Positions 51,550 to 64,000 of a DNA stretch of 64,000 nt are shown piece after piece. A program made the position numbers and the translations under genes. The stretch is from Chlorokybus atmophyticus (lineage: Eukaryota > Plantae > Mesostigma and Chlorokybus algae). The notes under the pieces were generated by a model that searched no databases, was not told the origin of the DNA, and worked only from the letters and a program-made list of their open reading frames with translations. The stretch covers positions 218,150 to 282,149 of the forward strand of contig RHPI01002112.1 in the NCBI GenBank assembly GCA_009103225.1, read 5' to 3'. The stretch's first letter is position 1. Each line of letters opens with the position of its first letter.

Positions 51550-54500
51550 ATGGCCAGCTGCTATGAGAAGCGCTTCGGGGATGAGCGCTTTCAGCTCAGG
51601 CAGCTGCTCGCGCTGCTGGTGTTCCTGCTTGGCCTGCATGCTGCCGCCATCGCCGTCTTTACGCATGGCTTCCTGCTGACCCGCGTTGAGCTGCCGCATC
51701 GAAGCAGCTGCGCCGTTGATGCTGATGCTGGCAGCCGCGCTGGACGGGTCAATGCGGCTGATGGCGAGAATGCTGCTGTGCAGCACTGCTCGCGTCCTGC
51801 TTTTGACAAAGTTGTGCTACTCATCATTGACGCACTTCGGTGAGAACAACAGCAAATGTGACGCTTAGCATGAATGATAGAACACTCAGTCGCTTACATT
51901 GCTGTGTTGTGATGACCGCAATGCTGGTCTAAGCTTGCATGCATTCGCACAGGTATGACTTCGCTGTTTCCGAAAGCAATGGTGAGCAGCAGATTGCCAT
52001 GTCATAATCCGCGATCTCCATATTTGTGTTGCTCCCCTGACTTGTGTGCAATACAGACACGCGGGCATGGCTCGGCCGTATGCCAATATTTGAGCAGTTG
52101 ATGCAGCACAGCAGTGCAACAGCTATGTTCAAATTCATTGCGGATCCTCCTACAACGACAATGCAGCGGCTTAAGGTGAGGAAGCGTGAAACAAGCTTAC
52201 TGAACTGCTGCCAGTAATAGCTGCCGCTCGCTCGTAGGGCCTTACCACAGGTGGTTTGCCAACTTTTATCGATGTTGGGAGCAGCTTTGGAGCACCTGCA
52301 ATAACAGAAGACAACATCATCCAGCAGGTTGAGGTCTGCTCAGGTCTTGTTTGTAGAGCGCAGTATTTAATTTGTGGTTGTAAGTGCAGTTGCGTAGCAA
52401 CAACAAGCTTATCACCATGATGGGCGATGAAACTTGGATGGACTTGTTCCCGCAGCAATTCACAACTGCATCACCATTTCCTTCACTGAATGTGAAAGAC
52501 CTTCATACGGTAGGTTTGAGTGGGTATGCCATCTGACGTAAAAGTTTCTGACCATGTATCTGCAGGTGGATGATGGTGTGGAAGCAGCACTGTTCCCTGC
52601 GTTACAAAGAGCACAGGACTGGGACCTGTTGATTGCTCATTTTCTTGGGGTGGTACGTCATGTGCTGAGGAGTTGTTTCGTCGTCTGACATATTACAACA
52701 CCTTGCGGTACTGTCAACCATTGGCGTGGTTGTCCATTTTCTGGATGCCATTGTGTGAAGCTCAACTCCCGTCCTGCAGGATCATGTTGGTCATACGTTT
52801 GGTGTGGATGCAGTGCCGATGACTGCCAAGCTAGAGCAGATGAATCGGGTGATTGAGGTGCTTGCAGATTGGTTGTGAGGTGTGTAGGTTGGTTGACCTT
52901 CACAATACCAATGCTTGCAGGATGTTGTCAGCCTTCTGCGTGGCCATGGGCATGCACTGGGCATGCATGAGAACACTCTGCTTGTTGTCATGGGTGACCA
53001 TGGACAAACATTGCATGGCGATCATGGTGGCGGTGCACCCGAAGAGGTCAGTACCATGCATTGAGCCACCCATGCGCTGTGGCAGAATGCAAGTGGAGCT
53101 CAGTTGCTGATTACTGCAGTGACATTTCGTTTCAGGTTGAGAGCATACTCTTTGCCTACAGCCCAGGTGCTGACCACGCTCGAGTCCGCAGGCCACTGCC
53201 CACATGGCTCAGGTCGCCACCATGCAACACGGAGCAAGTAAGCAATATGCCAGGCCGCATGGTGTCTCTAAGGTGGCAACATGGTGCAGACAGAGCTGAA
53301 GGCATGTGGTAATGCCCTCAGGGAGTGGTTGGAGCACAATGCGTGCCAGATTTACCACAGCTTGACTTTGCAGCCACACTTGCAACGTTGATGGGTGTTC
53401 CCATCCCCTTTGGTAGGTAAGACTTCACAAATGCCAAAGGTTGTGCTGGCAGATGAATTGTTGCACCAAGCCGGTGTTCGCAGCGTTGGCCATGCTTCAC
53501 CTGAGCTTTGGGCGCTTTCACCACGGGTGTGGCTGCCAGCAGCTGCTGCGGACGAAGGTGCATTGCTCCATTGGCTACAGGGCCTGAACAGGGTTCTGCT
53601 AGAGAACAGCTTGCAGGTAAGGACTTGTCACTGCATTCCATGCACAAAACCTTGAGTGGCTGATAGTTGCTATTTCCACAGGTTCATCGCTACATGGCTG
53701 CATATAGCAGTGCAGCACTGAGTCCATTACCGCATGCGGAGATGGCTCATTGTACAACGCTTTTACAGTCGGCTCAAGCCTTGCCTATTGCGACACCTGG
53801 CCAGAGCACAACGCAAAACCTGCACCTTGAACAGGCTCGCTGTCTCAAGTCGCTGGAATACCTCTCCGCAGTGGCAAGCTTGGCGCGAGATCAGTGGACG
53901 CAGTTTGATTCAGTAACTATTGCTTGCGGGACAGGACTCTTTGCCATCGCCCTCTTCGTCTTCTCTATAGCAATGGTTTGGAGCCGTCACTTGAGTAATG
54001 TCCCGTGGATGAGGGTATTGGCGGTAGCAGTCGTGGCCGGGTGCTCCGCAATTGCTGTTTGCACCAGACTCCAAGTGCAGATGTTTGAAGGAGGTAAAGA
54101 CATGAGCAATGTGATTCGCGTGGCGCAGGAGGCATGGCCATTGGGCTTGACGGCTGCAGTCGCTGCATCTGCCATTGCTTTCCTCGCAGCCGTGATCAAT
54201 CGGACACCCATAGAAACTGCAACAACGCCAGATGAAGGACGGCAAGCCACTGTATTTGGCTGGTTATCAGCGCTGTTTGCCATCATGCATGCCGTCAGCT
54301 TGACCTCCAACAGCTTCATGGTGGCAGAGGGGAAGGTTGCGCAGTTTCTGCTGGCATCCGCGGCGGTGATGGCAATCCGCCACGCAAACAGCCGCCAGCA
54401 ACTCCTGCACACTATTATCATCCTAGCAACAGGAGCCATGATGGGAGTATGCGGCCAAGAGTATTTCAACAAAGATGCACCAGCCGCTCATCAGGTTGCA

Positions 54501-55493
54501 GGCGGTGCGACGCATGTCAATGTGTCACCTTACTTGCAGCTCAGCTCCCCAACACTTGTAACAGAGACTGTCGTGCGTCACGCGTGTCTGTTGCTGCTTC
54601 CTACTTTAATGACGCGTTACCAAGTTGCGCAGCGCACGGGCAAAGGCGTTTTCCCTGTGCTGCAGACTGTTCTTTGGGGGTCATACGCTCTTGTGACAGT
54701 ATTTTGGCTCGACACAATTATGCCCTTCAACTCGAGCGGCAACACGCTTTTGTTGTGGCCGAGGCTGATATATGCCCTCACGTTAATCGGGTCCTTGGCT
54801 GTCATGGCCTTATCGCTGACACAGCAAACTGCCGCAACCGCTCAGAAGGCAACTTGCGAGCTGGTTGGTGCGGTGTTGTTCATCGTAAGCGCTCCATTAG
54901 TCCTGCTGTCGGGACGACACGGTGCTTTTGTGGCGCTGCTCGCTCTCTTACATGCCAACAGTTACATCCAGCTGCAGAAGCTATCATCACAATCAGCCAC
55001 AGGTGTAACAGGCAGTGAATCTGGCAGCAAGGCTGCTGCCGGCACTTGGAGCTTAGGCAGCACACAACTATTTTTCTGCACGGGCCACCGCTGCACTTTT
55101 GACGCGTTACACTTTACTGCTGCATTCGTGGGTTTTAGAGAGTTCCATTTCTGGCGCGGGGCAGTGCTGCTTTCGGCCAACACATTCAGCGCGCAGATTG
55201 TGTTCACGTTGGCACTGCCATTGCTGGCTACAGCACCAGGCGGCTCCACCCTTCTGTCGCGCCAATTGCGCAACACAGTGCTGTCTTTTCTCACAGTGCG
55301 GACGCTGGACACTGCCGTCATTGCGGCGTTTGTCGCTGCTGAACGCCGTCACCTCATGATGTGGGCACTGTTCGCCCCACGATATGTCTTTGATATTGTT
55401 GGGTTGCTAGTTGTAGATGTCCTTACGCTGGTCGCAGTAGCACTTGCTTGGATAGCCTGTTGTAGACTCCCACATACAGCGAAGCAAGATTAG
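51550..55493 (+). CDS. PIGO: GPI ethanolamine phosphate transferase 3
   Basis: [75 protein letters not shown]...[24 protein letters not shown], then a multi-TM C-terminus with FFCTGH and [14 protein letters not shown]. Confidence 0.95.
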
Positions 55494-55528
55494 TACATTG
55501 GCGCTATGGAAGCATTGTCCGACAGTAT

Positions 55529-55909
55529 CCATTTCTGGCGCGGGGCAGTGCTGCTTTCGGCCAACACGTTCAGCGCAGATTGTGTTCACGTTGGCACTGC
55601 CATTGCTGGCTACAGCACCAGGCGGCTCCATCCTTCTGTCGCACCAATTGCGCAACACAGTGCTGTCTTATCTCACAGTGTGGACGCTGGATACTGCCGT
55701 CATTGCGGCGTTTGTCGCTGCTGAACACCATCACCTCATGATGTGGACGCGGTTCGCCTCACGATATGTCTTTGATATTGCTGGGTTGCTAGTTGTAGAT
55801 GTGCTTACGTTGGTCGCAGTAGCATGTGCTGGGATGACCTGTTGTAGACTCCCACACACAGCGAAGCAAGAGTATTACATTGGTGCTATGGAAGCATTGT
55901 TAGACAGCA
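55529..55909 (+). pseudogene. Tandem duplicate of the last ~350 nt of PIG-O CDS plus the start of its 3' UTR (384-bp offset)
   Basis: Copy of 55145-55528 with a 2-bp deletion, many transitions and an altered stop region. Confidence 0.92.
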
Positions 55910-55963
55910 ACATTGGAATTTGTGATAGGTGTAGGCAATGCTTTGTCCAGTGTTTGCATCAGT

Positions 55964-56168
55964 TTGGGCTGTACCTATATCAAAATGCCGAAACTAGGTG
56001 TGTATGGTTATATAGGTGTCTAGCTGTTGAGTGTTGATGTTAATCGCAAACTACTTTAAGTGCGAAAGCTTGGGCTGTACCTATATCAAAATGCCGAACC
56101 TAGGTGTGTATGGTTACATAGGTGTCTAGCTGTTGAGTGTTGATGTTAATCGCAAACTACTTAAGTGC
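55964..56168. repeat. Near-perfect tandem duplication, 106-bp period
   Basis: TTGGGCTGTACCTATATCAAAATGCCG...GCAAACTACTTAAGTGC occurs twice. Confidence 0.92.
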
Positions 56169-56292
56169 CAAATAATTAGCTGACTACCACCATGTCATAC
56201 TCCGCACACATGGTGCCGTGATCATCAGGTCGATTGGTTGAAACCCTCACGCCTGTTGCTTGCCTTTACCCGCATGGCACATAGAATTTCAA

Positions 56293-56513
56293 TAGGGAGC
56301 AACAAGGAAATGTTCTTCAATCAGAAGCAAGAGCATTACACTACCAATACGCCTTACATACTAAGGTCAAGGTCAAAAATATAGCTGTGCACATGACACC
56401 CCAGTAGGAGCAACAAGGACTTTTTCTTCAACCAGATTTGTTTCAATTAGAAGCAAGAGCGATACACTATCAATACGCCTTGAATGTTCAAGGTCAAAAG
56501 AATAGCTGTACAA
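56293..56513. repeat. Diverged tandem duplication, about 110-bp period
   Basis: GGAGCAACAAGGA...AGAAGCAAGAGC...TACACTA...CAATACGCCTT...AAGGTCAAAA...ATAGCTGT occurs twice. Confidence 0.8.
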
Positions 56514-56587
56514 CTTTGTAACTACCCCTAAACTACAGGACAACTTTTTAAACCCTATAGTTATTGTGTGCATGCACCACCATAGTT

Positions 56588-57384
56588 CTAGAAAACGGGC
56601 GCCTTGCTGATAGCCTCAGTAACCAAGAGCGCAGCAAAGCCAAGCATGGCAGCCCGTCCGTTGATCATCTCAGTAGACACTTGGAAGGGACCATAAGCCT
56701 GCAATCAGTATTCGCAATCAGTATTCACAAAACATGTCAGGTGTGTTCATTACCGCAAACAGCAATCAGCACGCAAGCAATTGAACTTCACATCAACCCT
56801 GACCTGTGACTCCTTGGACATGGCCTGGGTCATGGGGATGAAGGAGGCGGCGGCGGTGATGGCAGCCATGATGACGAAGGGGAAGGGGTTATCCGCCAGC
56901 TGCGTCCACACCGTCTTGCCCGTAGCAGCCTCGGTAGCGATGGCAGTCACGAACCCAAGCATCGCTGCACGCCCGTTCACCGTCTCTGGGCCAAGTCCGC
57001 CGAAGTTCATCACATCAGAGAAAGAAGGCACCTGTTGGACACACTGTCAGATTGGCGCACAATAAATACTCTCAACCGCATGCACACCTCATGCACACAG
57101 CGGCAAGTTGATCCGGGCAACTGTTTGGAACATACCTTGAGGGGGGTGAAGGTGTTGGTCTTGATGTCGGTGCCAAGCGGGGGAATCTCGGAGACAGGGG
57201 CGGTGGGGTCTTCAACAGGGCCAGAGGAGTTATTGTTGTTGATGGGTGAAGAAGCGGACACGGTGAGCCTGCTGCTGCGGCGAAGGGCGGGCTTCTGCTT
57301 GCTCAGTGCTGAGGTGGCGGAGGAGCGCAACGAAACCGTGGAGAGCAGGGCGGAGGTGGTCGCCATGGTCGACATAGCTGCCAT
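56588..57384 (-). CDS. ELIP: Early light-induced protein (three-helix ELIP/CBR-like, LHC superfamily)
   Basis: Transit peptide, then two LHC motifs (PETVNGRAAMLGF and TEMINGRAAMLGF) flanking a middle helix. Three exons. Confidence 0.9.
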
Positions 57385-60300
57385 GTCTAGATGTTGGAGT
57401 TTGAGCTGGTCACACAAGCAACAGAAATACGCCTCACGTTGTGATGCACCAAAGGCCGCGAGCAAAAGCACAGAACTGATGTGTATTCAATATGCGAGGC
57501 TTGCTGCTTAAGTATGCATTGCCAGCGTGGCTTCAATCAGGGCAGAGAGATCAACTCACAGCGATCGAACTAGAGTCCTGCCGCGGATCAAGTCCTGGTC
57601 GGGTTAAGAGTTCCAAACCGCTCATCTACACGAATGCAGGCACATCGGTGAAGCGAACTTTAGCATACGAATTGTTAACTTTGTTGAGGAACGGGTTTGG
57701 GTTGAAAGGCCTGTCGCGCGGCAGCCACGTAGGCCCCGTCTCGAAGCAGTCATTGGCGGTGAGCACGCTACGTCTGCGCGGCACGGTGGCAATGCGGTGA
57801 CGTCAGCGCGCAAGCTGCACCGAAAGTGCATTGTTGGTGCAAAAGTGGGCCGACGTGGCTGGGTCTAGCGCGCAGGCTTCAATCGTTGGGGTTGGCAGGA
57901 GCGACGCGGTTCCTTTGTGGCCAGGCAAGCCACAAACGAACAAGATTACCCGGTATAACCAGTTTAGCTATGCAACATTGTTGTGTACAACAGCCATGTT
58001 ATGTGACTGACTATATCTTGTGTGTTTTGGAAGTTAAGCTGATTGATATATCGTATGCTGTAATAAGCATTGCATAAAAAACCATAGGGTACTTGTATCA
58101 ATGCAGTGTGATGTGTCAAGCTCGTGCTGCACAATAAATGATCGCGATAAAGTTTAAAGTAGTTTGTTTCGCACACGCACTTGCACTCAGTCATGCTTGC
58201 AAAATACAATGTCTGTGATCAAGTTGTCACCGCTGCATACATCGCCATGTTTTATATTGTTATTAAAACATGACATCAATGCTCGCAATTTATCGCACAC
58301 CCCGAGGTGACATTTTAACACATGCATGCCCTATCACAGAACAAATTAGCAGGCTGAGAGAACAGAACACCCCATGCGTAAAAACCATAGAGCAACTCAT
58401 GCTTAACACCAGCTACGCAATTTGCTGAAATATAATTATTGTAATAATACCACTCACTTCAAGTAAGTTACTTGCTGGACGGCTTGGCAAACTTATGCAC
58501 AAGCACAAGAAGTTACGTCCGGAAGCCCGACCAGCAACACACGGTGCAGTACCTTGAAGGGGAAGTCACAGCACCGCACCAAGGAAGGAGAGGATGCCAA
58601 CCTCTCTACTCAACGCCCACACACATGCACACTCAATGACACCCCATACACATGTGCAGAGCTGCCACAAGCATCACACTCCACATGAGATGAGAGGGAT
58701 AGCCCCTTGAACAACCAAACTAAGCACCCCACACACAAGAGTCGAGTATGCACATGCTGAGCTCCTTCTACACTTCTTGAGGCCGCGTATATACCCCCTC
58801 TTTGCTGCTCTCCGATCTAGCACATCTAAGTCCATGGCTACTTGCCTTGTCATGGCTGCGTTGACCACAACTTATGTTTAGGGCTGCCACATCAGCCCTT
58901 GGACCTCTTGTTTGTCCAATCCAAGACAGATCACACATCAGCCTCGGACATTGTGAACGTCCTTTGCTGGTCACATCAGCCTTTGACATTACACACATGC
59001 ATACATATGCATCCCTATGCATACATATGCGCGCATATGCACACATATGCGCATTACATACATGCATACATCTAGTACGCACCTCATATCCTCACATATG
59101 CACTCATATGCGGACATATGCACACACATGCAGACACATGGCTCACATGGCCATGTCTCAATGGTACCGACCAGCTCTGTGCTTGCTGATATGCAATACC
59201 TCGTGTAGTTTATCTCACTGAAGGCCTTATAGGCTCAAGAGTAGACCACGTGAGGGCCACCCCACAAGCACTACACATGCTTATGACATAAAAAACGCAG
59301 CCGGTCTCATCTTAGTTACATAAGTAAGGAACGAGAATGACTTTTGCAAGCCTTATATGCGTGACAATTATTTTGTCAATAATAAAATCTTTATAACAAG
59401 TGCGCAGACTCGCTAGTGGATGATGCATGTGTTTGTTGGCACGTATACTTCGTAATTATGAAATAACACATATTATCTGTATTTGCACATCGGGTCATAC
59501 TGCGCTGACAGTTTTTGTATGTTAATGCAGGGGTGCTAGCGCTACACTATTAACCAGTAAACCGTCAATCATTGTCTCGCATTTCTCGTCATAATTTACT
59601 CTTGGGTACATAAGGCCTTATATACTGGCATGTGTTGTACATCATTGGTATCCGATGTAAAAATGTTAAAACAATATATATCAGCAAAAATTTCTTATGT
59701 GTATCATAGCAAAACGCTGTAGCCATTATAATGTTAAAGGGAAACTCCTTTGGAGTAGTAACTTAATACGTCGCTTTCAACGCAAAGCTGTTACGCCCAT
59801 AGAGCTGGCGAAAGTCACTCTCTGTCACTTTGGTGAGAATGTGGAAGTGTGCTACTCATGTGGACTACCGTACAGCCACGAACTGTTCGTGCCTTACACT
59901 GTTTGCCTATTTTATTTTTACTTCGTCCCAATCAACTCATAAACTCTCGGCCATTCGTCCCTCGTTATAAGCGGGGCCAGCCTAGTGTTAGTTTATCATG
60001 CAACTAGCGATGCAGCTGATGCCGCGTCCCCATTTCTCAGTTTACGCCGTCTCAGCGGCTAGTCAGCTGCCTATCGGCCATATATCATAATACTCCACAG
60101 TATTGAGGAGTGATAAACCGGTTCGCTGGGGTACGCACTCATTGTTTGACCCCAATGGACCAGCGTCACGACCGGTATGCATTCAACACGCCGGTCATCG
60201 GCCAAGTAACGAAGCGCGGGGTAACATGTTGTCAATGCTAGGGGTTAAAGGGCGTTAGGGACTTGGGTTTCCGACTTTTCGTTCTTGGGCGCTGGGGTTT

Positions 60301-60871
60301 TTCTTATTTTTTTGATTTGGCCACTTGCATCATTTATTTTAGGACGAACAGTTCGTGGCGCCACAGCGCTGTACGGTATGTATAAGTGATCGCTGGAAGT
60401 CCATCATCAAGCTGTGTAGTGCTTGGTGGGTTGAATTACACGGACACGTCCTTACCTCCTTAGAGCTCCTCCCCACCGGACGGATAGGATATTAATGCCG
60501 CCTATCCGTCATTTATCTTACGAAACCACTCCCCACCGGCGCGATAAGTGGCCTCCTGTCCATTGCGCGCCAGGACAGCGCGATGGGTAGGAGGGTCGGA
60601 TAGATGAGGACTATCCTAAAAAAGATAAATCATTTCTAGGATAGTTGGAGCGGTGGGATAGGAGTTGATAGCGCCCCAACACTTGACGCGTGTCCTTCTG
60701 ACAGTAGGAATTGTGGTTGGCGGGAATTACAAAATAGGGTTAGGGTTTGGAAAATTTCAGCAGCGTTGGTGGCAGAGGCAGCAAGGGCGGTGGGGGAGGT
60801 GGCGGGCGCGCGCGGTGCTGGGTGGTTGATTAGGGCGTTGCATTGCCAGTGGCGTTAAATTGTTGCCGCTT

Positions 60872-63714
<2,843 letters not shown>

Positions 63715-64000
63715 GACTAGTCATGCTCAGATTGCTTGAGACGTCTCTTGTTCTATAGACGACACACTAGATTTTACACAACAGGCACATGGGTTGATGA
63801 CATGTCGCAGTGTATGTTAATCAGCACAACTCGCACACCCAAGCGTTGAAGCAAACAAATGCATGCCAATTATCATTAATGTCATCGCAGCAAATTGTGC
63901 GATAGTCTGTCAATCAATCCACTCGAAAGCCGCACGTTCTGGCTATCCTCTTTCGCATAGCAAACCACCTTGATCTCGACCGCGTGGTCTCCCGCGTTGG

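Noticed and set aside
58887-58988. Three CACATCAGCC-containing repeats with unique spacers (CRISPR-like look)
   Set aside because: Repeats are short and degenerate, spacers uneven, no cas genes, eukaryotic context; more likely a decayed minisatellite.

Overview
Eukaryotic nuclear DNA from a green-lineage alga (Viridiplantae). Plant-type telo-boxes and an At4g00755-like F-box gene suggest a streptophyte-like species, but the species cannot be determined. Genes are intron-rich, and all introns I checked are GT-AG. Recognisable genes, in order: 20S proteasome alpha-2 (+), a 152-aa orphan (-), a zf-MYND protein (+), a full-length ABCC/MRP transporter (-), COG1 (+), plastid pyruvate dehydrogenase E1-alpha (+), molybdenum cofactor sulfurase ABA3/MOCOS (-), an At4g00755-like F-box protein (+), meiotic ZIP4/SPO22/TEX11 (-), PIG-O (+), an ELIP (-), and a Myb/trihelix gene inside a probable PIF/Harbinger element that runs off the right edge. 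An accessory island at about 30.9-38.8 kb holds a decayed coiled-coil + PD-(D/E)XK nuclease gene whose 5' part is duplicated in inverted orientation (114-bp arms, a candidate small-RNA hairpin), DNA-level copies of two ABA3 exons, a transposase-like tail, a decayed F-box-like gene and a repeated two-box promoter-like module. The window also has many more perfect 12-19-bp hairpins than chance predicts. Assembly gaps sit at poly-C/G runs, and one exact COG1 copy is probably an assembly artefact. All assignments come from motif recognition by eye, with no database searches.
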